Assembly (NCBI GenBank): GCA_016177405.1
Contig: JACOVG010000027.1
Location: 14,733 to 78,732, forward strand
Length of the DNA: 64,000 bases
Direction: 5' to 3'
From: Candidatus Omnitrophota bacterium
GTDB lineage: Bacteria; Omnitrophota; Gorgyraeia; 1-14-0-20-64-10
Shown here: piece by piece, positions 28,079-37,724 of the stretch
Position numbering within the stretch: the stretch's first letter is position 1
Layout: each line of letters opens with the position of its first letter
Notes under the pieces: model-generated
Databases searched by the model: none
Told to the model about the DNA's origin: nothing
Seen by the model: only the letters and a program-made list of their open reading frames with translations
Translations under genes and position numbers: made by a program

Positions 28079-28267
28079 AGGAAAAGAGGATACAGGATGG
28101 GGCGGCCGCTCCCCGCGGCTGCCCTCCCCTTCCCATGAAAGAAGCCGTTCTCACGGAGCAGATAGATCCCCGGATCTTGTTGATCCGCTTGGCGCTCAAA
28201 ACTTGAGATCGCATTGGCTACAGTCTGAGGAGATGGGGTCTAGGGGATGATATAATTTCAGCGACGG

Positions 28268-29521
28268 ATGCGACTCTCCCAATGCCCTGGCAAAGTCTTC
28301 AGCGTGAGGGTTGTTGCCACTTTTCTGGCCCTGAGCCCCATTCTGTCTGCGCCCGCCCTTGCCCTGCGTGACCCAGAAGCGCGAGAGAAGAAGCCGGAGG
28401 TTCTGGGTGGTCTGGAGGAGGTTCTTCGCGGCGATCCCACTACTTCTGCAACGGCTCCTTCCGCGGCTGTCTCCCTAAGCTCCGCCGCCGGGCTGGAGGA
28501 GGGGTATCGGGTGGTACCTGTGACGGAAGAGTACGCCCTGCGGCACGCGGAGGAGTTGGCGGCCATCGATGCGGGGGATCCCGTGTGGAAGAAGGAAGGG
28601 CGTTGGGGTCCGGAGCGTTTCGCCACGGACGTGCGGCCTACCACGGGGACGCGGCTACAGGGTCTTTGGAAGTTCAGCTTCGTTGCGGAGGATGTTTCGG
28701 GGATTCCCGTGGCCTATATCTACGCAGCCGATGGCCAGCCGGACATCCCCGTGACCGCAAGGTACCGCGGGGCGTTTATCGCCCGGGTGAGTGTACGGCC
28801 GAACCAACAGGGACGCAGATTGGGCCCGCGTCTTCTGTTGGCCGTCGCCCGCGCGGCGAAGGAAGCTGACGTAGGTCCCTACGTGACGCTGGAAACGGAC
28901 AAGGAGAACACCCGCGCCCGCCATGTGTACGAGTCACTGGGTTTTCGGAGCGTCGGGGAACGGCTTGAAGAAAAGAAGGGAGTTACTTTCATCGAGTACG
29001 CTGTTCTTGTAGAAAACCTCATCCAGCGCGCGGAGGAGAAGCTCGCCGCCGGCCTGGAGGAGTGGGTGCCGAGGTGGCTGAAGGGACTGGCGACGCCTGA
29101 GGAGTTGGAGCATTGGATTCATCATGGGCACGAAGCCCTGGCGGGGTCTCCGTCGGTGGCGGTGCTGTTTGATCCGGGCTTGGTGCCTGGGAGGGACGAC
29201 GGGGATCGGGAGCTGTTGCTGCTCGAACTGGAGGGACAGATGCGGTCGGTGTTTGCCTTGCCGGAAGAGGTACGGTTCCGGATTGGACTGCGGGGGGCGA
29301 AGGCGGATTGGGAAAGAGAATTCCGGATTATCGAGGTGGTGCGGCATCCGGAAGGCAGGCCGGAGGCCCCTCCCCTTCCGATGGGTGCGTTGCCGTTGGT
29401 GGTTGCGGAGGCGCTGGCCTCTCCCCACCCGCGGTTCTATACCGACCCGCTGATTTACGCCGATTTGACGGAGCTTACCCTGCCGCAGGCCCTGACGGAC
29501 CTGACGGATCTGTTCGCCTGA
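28268..29521 (+). CDS. GLEE-punctuated family protein: leader, GNAT acetyltransferase domain, unknown C-terminal domain
   Basis: Leader ...PALA-LRDPE. GLEE at aa 48, 75 and 262. Canonical GNAT motif A (ARVSVRPNQQGRRLGPRLLLAV) and motif B (YESLGF). TATAAT lies 12 nt before the ATG and there is no SD. Confidence 0.65.
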   Translation: MRLSQCPGKVFSVRVVATFLALSPILSAPALALRDPEAREKKPEVLGGLEEVLRGDPTTSATAPSAAVSLSSAAGLEEGYRVVPVTEEYALRHAEELAAIDAGDPVWKKEGRWGPERFATDVRPTTGTRLQGLWKFSFVAEDVSGIPVAYIYAADGQPDIPVTARYRGAFIARVSVRPNQQGRRLGPRLLLAVARAAKEADVGPYVTLETDKENTRARHVYESLGFRSVGERLEEKKGVTFIEYAVLVENLIQRAEEKLAAGLEEWVPRWLKGLATPEELEHWIHHGHEALAGSPSVAVLFDPGLVPGRDDGDRELLLLELEGQMRSVFALPEEVRFRIGLRGAKADWEREFRIIEVVRHPEGRPEAPPLPMGALPLVVAEALASPHPRFYTDPLIYADLTELTLPQALTDLTDLFA

Positions 29522-29614
29522 GCTGGGCCGCGTTTTTATCCCCCTCGCTATTTGCTTTATTGATAAAATATTTGTTGACATTGCGCTTAGCGTGAAGTAG
29601 CCTATTTTGCCCCG

Positions 29615-30148
29615 ATGCGGAAGAACCCTCTTGCTCTCGCCAGGTCAGTTCATGCGGAAATCATCGAGCGCCGGATCCTGCTGATCCGTAAGCAGCGGGT
29701 CATGCTGGATTCGGATCTGGCCCAGCTTTATGGAGTAACCACGTTTAACCTCAACAAGGCCGTCAAGCGCAACAGGGAACGCTTTCCAGAGGATTTTATG
29801 TTCCAGTTGTCCGTGGGAGAGGCCGGAAACTTGAGATTCCAATTTGGAATGTCAGGTTGGGGAGGCAGACGCTATCTTCCATACGCCTTCACTGAGCAGG
29901 GAGTGGCTATGCTCTCCGGCGTTCTGCGTAGCAAGCGAGCCATCCAAGTGAACATCGCCATCGTGCGGGCATTCGTGCGGTTGCGGCGAATGCTGGCGTC
30001 ACACCGTCACCTGGCGCAGAAGCTGGTGGAATTGGAGCGCAAGCTCGCGAATCATGATCAGAAGATACATTCGATCTTCGACGCGATCCGGCAGCTGATG
30101 GCGCCACCCGCTCCGGCTCGACGCAGGATCGGTTTTCATTCCACGTAA
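29615..30148 (+). CDS. ORF6N-domain (KilA-N-related) protein
   Basis: 177 aa. [42 protein letters not shown] is the ORF6N signature. A TTGACA-17-TAGCCT promoter-like element sits upstream. Confidence 0.7.
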   Translation: MRKNPLALARSVHAEIIERRILLIRKQRVMLDSDLAQLYGVTTFNLNKAVKRNRERFPEDFMFQLSVGEAGNLRFQFGMSGWGGRRYLPYAFTEQGVAMLSGVLRSKRAIQVNIAIVRAFVRLRRMLASHRHLAQKLVELERKLANHDQKIHSIFDAIRQLMAPPAPARRRIGFHST

Positions 30149-30160
30149 AGGAGGCAAACG

Positions 30161-31687
30161 ATGTTGGCAAGGGTGGAGACGGCGGCGGTGGTGGGCATCT
30201 CGGCGGCGCCGGTCACCGTGGAGGTGGACGTGGCCGACGGGCTGCCGGCGGTCACCATCGTGGGGCTTCCGGATCCGTCGGTCAAGGAGTCCAAGGAGCG
30301 GATCAAGTCGGCCCTGAAGAACACCCAGTTCGCCTGGCCCCAGACGCGGATCACGGTGAACCTGGCGCCGGCCGATGTCCGCAAGGAAGGCTCGGCCTTC
30401 GATTTTCCCATCGCCCTGGGGCTTCTGGCCGCCTCCAAACAGCTGGATCCCCAGCTCTTTGCCGACGCGGTGGCGCTGGGAGAGCTGGCGCTGGACGGCG
30501 CCTTGAGGCCTATCCCCGGCGCCTTACCGGTGGCCTTGAGTTTAAAGGGAACGGGCAAGCGGCTTCTGCTGCCGGCGGCCAATGCCCGGGAGGCGGCCGT
30601 GGCGGAGGCGGTTCGCGTCTATCCGATCGAGCACCTTCAGCAGGCGATCGCCTTCTTGAGGGGCGAGGCGCCTCTGGCGCCCTGCCGGATGGATCAGGGC
30701 CAACGGGCCAAACCGGCCGCGCCGGAGGCGCTGGATTTCTCGGAGGTGAAGGGTCAGGTTGTCGCCAAGCGGGCGATGGAGGTGGCGGTGGCCGGCTGGC
30801 ACAACCTGCTTTTGGTGGGGCCCCCGGGGGCGGGCAAGACAATGCTGGCCAAGCGGATCCCCACCATCATGCCGCCCTTGTCGCTGACCGAGTCGCTCGC
30901 GGTCACCCAGATTTACAGCGTCATGGGCATGATACCGCACGGCCAGGCCCTTCTGGACGAGAGGCCCTTCCGGGCGCCTCACCACACCATCTCGGATGTG
31001 GCCTTGATCGGCGGCGGCTCCCTTCCCAGGCCCGGAGAGATCTCTCTGGCCCACCTGGGCGTTCTCTTCTTGGATGAACTGCCGGAGTTCAACCGTCCGG
31101 CCCTGGAGGCCCTTCGTCAGCCCCTGGAGGAAGGGATTGTCACGGTCAGCCGTCTGCATGGAAGGATGGTCTTCCCGGCCCAATTCATGCTGGCGGCTTC
31201 CATGAACCCCTGCCCGTGCGGGTCGGCCGGGGACCCGGCCAGGAACTGTCTTTGCAGCCCGATACAGATTCAGCGATACCGTTCCAAGGTCTCCTGGCCC
31301 CTCCTGGACCGGATCGACATCGTTCTGGAGGTGCCGGCCCTTTCGTACGCCGAGCTTAGCTTTGAGGGCCAGGGAGAATCCTCCGGGGCGATCCGGGCCC
31401 GCGTGGCGGAGGCCCGCCGGCGCCAGGAAGAACGGTTTAGAGGGGAAGGGTTCTTCTTCAACGCCCAGATGCGCCACCGGCATCTGAAACGATTCTGCCG
31501 CCTCGATGAGACGGGCCGGAAGCTTTTTAAAGATGCCGTCTTGAACCTGGGGCTTTCCGCCCGGGCCTACCACCGGATCTTAAAGGTCTCCCGCACCATC
31601 GCCGACCTGGCCGGCTCCGACGAAATTCGTCCGGAGCACCTGGCCGAGGCGGTTCAATACCGCGCCCTGGACCGATCTGCGCCTTAG
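30161..31687 (+). CDS. YifB/ComM family Mg-chelatase-like AAA+ ATPase
   Basis: 508 aa. Lon-like N-domain, Walker A GPPGAGKT, Cys-rich zinc insert (CPCGSAGDPARNCLCS) and C-terminal domain. Confidence 0.8.
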   Translation: MLARVETAAVVGISAAPVTVEVDVADGLPAVTIVGLPDPSVKESKERIKSALKNTQFAWPQTRITVNLAPADVRKEGSAFDFPIALGLLAASKQLDPQLFADAVALGELALDGALRPIPGALPVALSLKGTGKRLLLPAANAREAAVAEAVRVYPIEHLQQAIAFLRGEAPLAPCRMDQGQRAKPAAPEALDFSEVKGQVVAKRAMEVAVAGWHNLLLVGPPGAGKTMLAKRIPTIMPPLSLTESLAVTQIYSVMGMIPHGQALLDERPFRAPHHTISDVALIGGGSLPRPGEISLAHLGVLFLDELPEFNRPALEALRQPLEEGIVTVSRLHGRMVFPAQFMLAASMNPCPCGSAGDPARNCLCSPIQIQRYRSKVSWPLLDRIDIVLEVPALSYAELSFEGQGESSGAIRARVAEARRRQEERFRGEGFFFNAQMRHRHLKRFCRLDETGRKLFKDAVLNLGLSARAYHRILKVSRTIADLAGSDEIRPEHLAEAVQYRALDRSAP

Positions 31688-31726
31688 CTGGACGGTCGCG
31701 CGGCCTCGCGATAGAATAGAAGGATT

Positions 31727-32176
31727 GTGAATCCGATAACCCAAGCGTTCCAAAACCAGGTGCTCTTGTCCACCCTCGCCGCTTGGGTGGCGGCCCAGAC
31801 ACTGAAGGTCCTGCTGGCGGTGAAGAATCGGCACCACTTTGACGTCCGCTGGTTCCTCGGCACAGGCGGCATGCCCTCGGCCCACTCGGCCGGCGTCTCC
31901 GCCCTGGCCGTCGGGGTGGGTCTGCAGGTGGGTTTCCATACCCCCGGCTTCGCGGTGGCCGCGATGTTCGCGCTGGTGACCATGTTCGATGCCCAGGGGG
32001 TGCGCCGCGCCGCCGGGCGCCAGGGGATTGTCCTCAACAAGATGATTGATGAACTGTACATCAGAGGTCAAGTGAGCCAGGAGCGGGTGAAGGAACTGCT
32101 GGGGCACACGCCCATCGAGGTGTTCGCGGGGGCGGCCATCGGCTGTTTGGTCGCCTTGCTTTTGTGCAGGTCATGA
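31727..32176 (+). CDS. Divergent PAP2 (DUF212) family membrane protein
   Basis: 149 aa. GGMPSAHSAGVSALA motif. Confidence 0.6.
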   Translation: MNPITQAFQNQVLLSTLAAWVAAQTLKVLLAVKNRHHFDVRWFLGTGGMPSAHSAGVSALAVGVGLQVGFHTPGFAVAAMFALVTMFDAQGVRRAAGRQGIVLNKMIDELYIRGQVSQERVKELLGHTPIEVFAGAAIGCLVALLLCRS

Positions 32177-33021
32177 CCCCGCGGCGCTGGCTCTTTCTGG
32201 GGGTTGTCGCGGCGATCGGGTTGGGCCTGTGGGCGGGCGTCTTCTCCCGCGGGCGCTCGAAGATCTCACCCGCCGGCGCCCCCCAGGCCGAAAAGCCTTC
32301 CGCTGTTTCTCCGGCCCCCAAGTCGGCCCGCTTGCTGATGGCCAAGGCCGACCGGGCCCTGGCGGAGGGAAACCTCCTGGAGGCCAAGCGGCTCTACCAG
32401 GAGATTCTTCAGCAGGAGGACGCGGGGTCGGTGGCGGCCGCCGTGCAGGGGCGCCTGGGCGAGGTGAACCTCAAGCTCCTCCTGTCGCCGGCGTCCACCC
32501 CCGCGTCGGTGATCCACACCGTGGCCTCCGGCGACACCCTGACCAAGATCGCGAAGAAATATGGAACGACAATCGAGCTTCTGATGGCCTCCAACGGCTT
32601 GACCAGCGACCGGATCCGGCCGGGGCAGCCGCTGAAGGTGAGCCGGGCGCAGTTTTCTCTGGTGGTGGACAAATCCCAGAACACGCTCACCCTCAAGGAC
32701 GGCCAAGAGGTCCTCAAGGTCTACCGCTGCTCCACGGGCAAGGGCGGGATCACGCCGGAGGGAACCTTCACCATTGTGAACCGGATCGTGGATCCCCCGT
32801 GGTTCACGCCGGAGGGGATCATCCCGCCGGGCGATTCCCGGAACATCCTGGGCACCCGGTGGCTCGGGTTTAACCTGGCCAGCTACGGCATTCACGGCAC
32901 CACCGACCCCGCATCGATCGGCAGGCCGGTCACCCAGGGCTGCGTGCGCTTGACCAATTCCGACGTGGAGGAGCTTTACGCGCTCCTCCCGGAAGGAACC
33001 TTGGTCACCATCGTCGAGTAA
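32164..33021 (+). CDS. LysM-domain L,D-transpeptidase (YkuD family)
   Basis: N-terminal TM. LysM (HTVASGDTLTKIAKKYGTTIELLMASNGL). YkuD catalytic motif GIHGT...GCVRL. Confidence 0.8.
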   Translation: MQVMTPRRWLFLGVVAAIGLGLWAGVFSRGRSKISPAGAPQAEKPSAVSPAPKSARLLMAKADRALAEGNLLEAKRLYQEILQQEDAGSVAAAVQGRLGEVNLKLLLSPASTPASVIHTVASGDTLTKIAKKYGTTIELLMASNGLTSDRIRPGQPLKVSRAQFSLVVDKSQNTLTLKDGQEVLKVYRCSTGKGGITPEGTFTIVNRIVDPPWFTPEGIIPPGDSRNILGTRWLGFNLASYGIHGTTDPASIGRPVTQGCVRLTNSDVEELYALLPEGTLVTIVE

Positions 33022-33033
33022 CCCCGCCTCTCT

Positions 33034-33996
33034 ATGGCCACCGGTTTCTCCCTCGAGTTCGAGCGCCCCATCATTGATCTGGAGCAAAAGATCCAGGAGC
33101 TCAAGAATCTGCCCGCCTCCAAGGCGATCGATTTGGCCGGCGACATCGAGCGTCTGGAGGAGAAACTCGAAGAGGCCAAACGCAGGGTCTACCAGAGCCT
33201 GACCCCCTGGCAGAGGGTCCAGCTGGCCCGCCATCCCAAGAGGCCCTACACCCTCGACTACATCCGGATCCTGATGACCGATTTCGTGGAGATTCACGGC
33301 GACCGGGCCTTCGCGGACGACAAGGCCCTGATCGGCGGTCTGGCCCGGATGGACGGCGTGAAGCTGATGGTGGTGGGGCACCAGAAGGGCCGGGACACCA
33401 AGGAGAATCTGTACCGCAACTTCGGCTCCGCCCACCCGGAGGGGTACCGCAAGGCGATCCGGCTGATGCAGATGGCCGCCAAGTTCGACCTGCCCATCCT
33501 TTGTTTCGTGGACACCCCCGGCGCCTACCCCGGCATTGGCGCCGAGGAACGCGGGCAGGCCCAGGCCATCGCCTACAACCTTCGGGAGATGGCGCGGCTT
33601 GCCGTGCCGATCATCGTGACGGTGATCGGCGAGGGGGGTTCCGGCGGGGCGCTGGGAATCGGGGTGGGGGACCGGGTGCTCGTGCTGGAAAACGCCTACT
33701 ACTCGGTCATCTCACCGGAGGGATGCGCCGCGATCCTCTGGAAAGACCGGGCCAGGGCCCCGGAGGCGGCCGAGTGCCTGAAGCTGACCGCCACCGAGCT
33801 CCTCAAATTCAATCTGATCGACGAGGCGGTGCCCGAGCCCCTGGGCGGGGCCCACCGCGACCACGAACAGACGGCCAAGAACCTCCATAAAATTCTGGCC
33901 AAGCATTTGAAGGAGCTGAAGGCCCTGCCGCCGTCGGAGCTTTTGAAGGGCCGTCACGCCAAATTCCGGAAGATGGGCCTGTTCACGGAGCTTTAG
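33034..33996 (+). CDS. accA: Acetyl-CoA carboxylase carboxyltransferase alpha subunit
   Basis: 320 aa. Colinear AccA motifs (ARHPKRPYTLDYI, FVDTPGAYPGIGAEERGQA, GEGGSGGALG). Confidence 0.85.
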   Translation: MATGFSLEFERPIIDLEQKIQELKNLPASKAIDLAGDIERLEEKLEEAKRRVYQSLTPWQRVQLARHPKRPYTLDYIRILMTDFVEIHGDRAFADDKALIGGLARMDGVKLMVVGHQKGRDTKENLYRNFGSAHPEGYRKAIRLMQMAAKFDLPILCFVDTPGAYPGIGAEERGQAQAIAYNLREMARLAVPIIVTVIGEGGSGGALGIGVGDRVLVLENAYYSVISPEGCAAILWKDRARAPEAAECLKLTATELLKFNLIDEAVPEPLGGAHRDHEQTAKNLHKILAKHLKELKALPPSELLKGRHAKFRKMGLFTEL

Positions 33997-33997
33997 G

Positions 33998-34552
33998 ATG
34001 GCCGGGAAACGCAGGGGCCTCATCATCGTCTACACCGGCGACGCCAAGGGGAAAACCTCCGCCGCCCTGGGGGCGGCCCTGCGGGCGCTGGGCCACGGCT
34101 GGCGGGTCCTGATGATCCAGTTCATGAAGGGGGACTGGCCGGTCGTTTACGGCGAGCTCGAAATGGCCAAGAGGCTCTACCCCCAGTTCGAGGTTCTCCA
34201 GCTGGGCCGCGGCTTTGTGAAGATCATGGGGGACAAGAAGCCCTTCAAGGAGCATCTGGCGGCCGCCCAGGCGGCGATGGAGATCACCCGGGAAAGGATC
34301 TTCTCCGGGCGGTACGATGTGGTGATCCTCGATGAGATCAACTACGCCCTGGGCTACCTGGACTTCAAGCTGATTGAGCTCTCCGATGTGCTGGAGCTCT
34401 TGCGCACCAAGCCCCCCGATCTGCACCTCATCTTGACCGGCCGCAACGCCCACCCGAGGGTGATCGAGCTGGCCGACCTGGTGACCGAGATGCGGGAGAT
34501 CAAGCACCCGATGAAGAAGGGAATCCCCGCCCAGCAGGGGATTGATTACTAG
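33998..34552 (+). CDS. cobO: Cob(I)yrinic acid a,c-diamide adenosyltransferase (CobO/BtuR family)
   Basis: 184 aa. P-loop-like YTGDAKGKTSAALG and MIQFMKG motifs. Confidence 0.75.
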   Translation: MAGKRRGLIIVYTGDAKGKTSAALGAALRALGHGWRVLMIQFMKGDWPVVYGELEMAKRLYPQFEVLQLGRGFVKIMGDKKPFKEHLAAAQAAMEITRERIFSGRYDVVILDEINYALGYLDFKLIELSDVLELLRTKPPDLHLILTGRNAHPRVIELADLVTEMREIKHPMKKGIPAQQGIDY

Positions 34553-34936
34553 CTAACGGCGGCCGGTCAGCATCTCCTGAACGGTTTTGACCAGATCCTC
34601 CAGGCGGGCCGGTTTCTCCAGCGCGCGGTCCCGAGACTCCGAGAAATCAGCCAGCTTCCCCAGGACATCGGACTTCGCCGTCACCAGGAGAACCGGGATC
34701 GTCTTGGTGATCGGGTCCTGGCGGAGCTTCTCGAAGACGACGGTGCCGGGGATGTCCGGAAGGACGATGTCCAGGATGATCAGGGCGGGCCACTCCTCCT
34801 TGGCGCGCGACAGGACCTCGCCGCCGGTGGCCGCCTCCAGCACCTCATAGCCCCTTAAGCGCAGGGTGCGGGCCACCCCGGCCCGGGCGTCCAGCTCGTC
34901 ATCCACCAGCAGGATCTTTAATTTTGCTCGCGCCAT
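34553..34936 (-). CDS. Single-domain response regulator (CheY-like receiver)
   Basis: Start set at MARAKLKILLVDDE. Phospho-acceptor Asp context (ALIILDIVLPD) and a conserved Lys are present. The supplied ORF is longer only because it runs antisense through the tRNA genes. Confidence 0.75.
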   Translation of the reverse strand: MARAKLKILLVDDELDARAGVARTLRLRGYEVLEAATGGEVLSRAKEEWPALIILDIVLPDIPGTVVFEKLRQDPITKTIPVLLVTAKSDVLGKLADFSESRDRALEKPARLEDLVKTVQEMLTGRR

Positions 34937-34953
34937 TCGCTGCCCTTTGTTTG

Positions 34954-35037
34954 TGCCGAGGGAGAGAATCGAACTCTCATGGGGTTTCCCCCACAGGTTT
35001 TTGAGACCTGCGCGTCTGCCGGTTTCGCCACCTCGGC
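34954..35037 (-). tRNA. tRNA-Leu (anticodon CAA), type II with long variable arm
   Basis: Reverse complement folds as GCCGAGG acceptor / D-arm / CAGGU-CUCAAAA-ACCUG anticodon arm / long variable arm UGGGGGAAACCCCAU / GAGAG-UUCGAUU-CUCUC T-arm. No encoded CCA. Confidence 0.8.
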
Positions 35038-35044
35038 GAAAAAG

Positions 35045-35120
35045 TGGTGGAGCTGAGGGGGATCGAACCCCTGACCTCCTGCATGCCATGCAGGCGCTCT
35101 CCCAGCTGAGCTACAGCCCC
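35045..35120 (-). tRNA. tRNA-Ala (anticodon GGC), CCA encoded
   Basis: Reverse complement GGGGCUGUAGCUCAGCUGGGAGAGCGCCUGCAUGGCAUGCAGGAGGUCAGGGGUUCGAUCCCCCUCAGCUCCACCA. The G3:U70 alanine identity pair is present. Anticodon loop AU-GGC-AU. Confidence 0.85.
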
Positions 35121-35257
35121 GAAGTTTCTAGGCGACCTTGAGGTCGCCCGTAAACTGGAGTCCCTTTTTGGGACAGCCCCGAAGTACGCAAGCAGTCTAC
35201 TGGCGAACCCCTCGCGTTGTCAACCTTTCCGGCCGCGTGCTAGAATGATTTTCGACG

Positions 35258-37645
35258 ATGAGTTACCCCTTTGCCGAGATAGAGCCGAAGTGGCAGGCCC
35301 GCTGGGACGAAAAGAAGGCCTTCAGGGCTGACCCAGGAGATAGGGGAAAGTATTACCTCCTCGAGATGTTCCCCTACCCCTCGGGCCGGATCCACATGGG
35401 CCATGTGCGCAACTACACCATCGCCGATGTCCTGGCCCGCTTCCGGCGGTCGCAGGGCCATCGGGTGCTCCACCCCATGGGATTCGACGCCTTCGGCCAG
35501 CCGGCCGAGAACGCCGCCATCAAGAACAAGACCGATCCCTCCGCCTGGACCCAGGGCTGCATCCGGCAGATGCGCTCGGAGCTGGAGCGGATGGGCTTCT
35601 CTTACGACTGGGAGAGAGAGGTCGTCACCTGCGAGCCGGACTACTACCGCTGGAACCAGTGGATCTTCCTGCAAATGCTGAAGAAGGGCCTCGCCTACCG
35701 GGCGGGGGCCAAGGTGAACTGGTGCCCGAACTGCCAGACCACCCTGGCCAACGAGGAGGTGGTGGAGGAAGCCTGCTGGCGCTGTGCCACCCCGGTGGAG
35801 CTTAAGGAGCTCACGCAGTGGTACCTGAAGATCACCGCCTACTGCCAGGAGCTTCTGGACGACCTGAAACAGCTTTCCCGTTGGCCCTCGCGGGTGATCA
35901 CCATGCAGGAGAATTGGATCGGAAGAAGCGAGGGGGTGGAGATTGGGTTCACGGTGAAGGGAAGCGGACAGCGCCTGCCGGTCTTCACCACCCGGCCCGA
36001 CACGATCTTTGGGGCGACCTACGTGGTGGTGGCCCCGGAGCACCCCATCCTCAAGGAGATCCGGACCGCCGCCGACGTGAAGAAGGAGGGGATGGCCACC
36101 GGCGCCCAGGCGATCAATCCGGTCAACGGCGAGGCGATCCCCATCTGGACGGCCGATTACGTCCTCATGGAGTACGGCACCGGAGCCATCATGGCGGTGC
36201 CGGCCCACGACCAGCGGGACTTCCTCTTCGCCCGGGAGCATAACCTCCCGGTCCGGGTGGTCATCCGGCCGCCGAAGGGAGGGCCGGATCCCTCCCAATG
36301 GACCGAGGCTTACGAAGGGGAAGGGACACAGGTGAACTCCGCCCAGTTCAACGGGCTCTCCAGCGCCGAAGGCAAGAAGAAGATCGCCGCCTGGATGGAG
36401 GAGAAAAAGTTTGGGAAAAGAACCGTCCGGTGGCGGCTCCGAGACTGGCTCATCTCCCGCCAGCGCTACTGGGGGACTCCCATTCCCGTCGTCCACTGTC
36501 AGGCCTGCGGGGTGGTGCCGGTGCCGGAGGATGAGCTTCCGGTCACCCTTCCCGCCAAGGCCCCCTTGACCGGCGAGGGGGGCTCGCCCCTGGCCAAGGT
36601 GAAGGCCTTTGTGGGGGCGAGCTGTCCCCGGTGCGGGAAGCTGTCCCGGCGGGAGACCGACACGATGGCCACCTTCTTTGACTCCTCCTGGTACTTCCTC
36701 CGCTTCTGCTCGCCCAAAGAGGCGAAGCTCCCCTTTGATCCCAAGGAGGCGGCTTACTGGATGCCGGTGGACCAGTACATCGGCGGCATCGAGCACGCGA
36801 TCCTGCACCTGCTTTATTCCAGATTCTTCACCAAGTTCCTGCGGGATGAGGGGCTCTTGGCGCTCGATGAGCCCTTCACGCGGCTGTTGACCCAGGGGAT
36901 GGTCCTCAAGGGCGGCGAGGTGATGTCCAAGTCCAAGGGCAACGTCGTGGACCCCGACGGGGTGATCCAGCGGTACGGGGCCGATGCCCTGCGGCTCTTT
37001 ATCCTCTTCGCGGCGCCCCCGGAGGATCAGCTGGAGTGGAATACCCAAGCCATCGAGGGGATCTCCCGCTTCTTGAACCGGGTCTGGGATCTGGCGGAAT
37101 CGTCATCGCCAGGAGGTCCGAAGGACCGACGTGGCGATCTCGAGATTGCTTCGCCCCCTGCGGGGACTCGCAATGACATCTCGCTGCGCCGTGCCGCCCA
37201 CGCCGCGATCAAACGGGTCACCGAGGACCTGGAGAGTTTCAAGTTCAACACGGCGATCTCCGCCTTGATGGAACTGAAGAACGCCATCGAGAAATCCCCG
37301 CGGTCTCCCGACGCGCGGGAGGCGGTGGAAACCCTCGTGCGGCTGCTTGCCCCCTTCGCTCCCCACATGGCCGAGGAACTCTGGGAGCGGCTGGGCCACA
37401 AGGAGCTTCTGGTCTCAAACCCTTGGCCCGCGCATGAGGCCTCGCTTCTGGTCGAGAAGGAGGTCACCCTGGTTATCCAGGTGAACGGCAAGGTCCGCTC
37501 CCGCGTCACGGTGCCGGCGGGCCAGGACAAGGAGACTCTCAAGGCCAAGGTCTTAGCCGACCCGGCTGTCCAGAAGTGGCTGGATGGCAAACCAGCCCGC
37601 GACCTCATCGTTGTTCCCGACCGCCTGGTCAACGTCGTCGTGTAA
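35258..37645 (+). CDS. leuS: Leucyl-tRNA synthetase
   Basis: 795 aa. HMGHVRNY (HIGH motif), editing domain, KMSKSKGN (KMSKS motif). Confidence 0.9.
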   Translation: MSYPFAEIEPKWQARWDEKKAFRADPGDRGKYYLLEMFPYPSGRIHMGHVRNYTIADVLARFRRSQGHRVLHPMGFDAFGQPAENAAIKNKTDPSAWTQGCIRQMRSELERMGFSYDWEREVVTCEPDYYRWNQWIFLQMLKKGLAYRAGAKVNWCPNCQTTLANEEVVEEACWRCATPVELKELTQWYLKITAYCQELLDDLKQLSRWPSRVITMQENWIGRSEGVEIGFTVKGSGQRLPVFTTRPDTIFGATYVVVAPEHPILKEIRTAADVKKEGMATGAQAINPVNGEAIPIWTADYVLMEYGTGAIMAVPAHDQRDFLFAREHNLPVRVVIRPPKGGPDPSQWTEAYEGEGTQVNSAQFNGLSSAEGKKKIAAWMEEKKFGKRTVRWRLRDWLISRQRYWGTPIPVVHCQACGVVPVPEDELPVTLPAKAPLTGEGGSPLAKVKAFVGASCPRCGKLSRRETDTMATFFDSSWYFLRFCSPKEAKLPFDPKEAAYWMPVDQYIGGIEHAILHLLYSRFFTKFLRDEGLLALDEPFTRLLTQGMVLKGGEVMSKSKGNVVDPDGVIQRYGADALRLFILFAAPPEDQLEWNTQAIEGISRFLNRVWDLAESSSPGGPKDRRGDLEIASPPAGTRNDISLRRAAHAAIKRVTEDLESFKFNTAISALMELKNAIEKSPRSPDAREAVETLVRLLAPFAPHMAEELWERLGHKELLVSNPWPAHEASLLVEKEVTLVIQVNGKVRSRVTVPAGQDKETLKAKVLADPAVQKWLDGKPARDLIVVPDRLVNVVV

Positions 37646-37724
37646 GGATTAATTAAAGGCAGTTATTTTTCTGGTTTTACCCGCGTTTCTTAGGTATACT
37701 TCTTGTATCCGACGCTCTAACCCC

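Noticed and set aside
34940-35130. A third tRNA or tmRNA in the tRNA region
   Set aside because: Only two cloverleaves (Leu-CAA, Ala-GGC) can be folded. The remaining flanks are short spacers.
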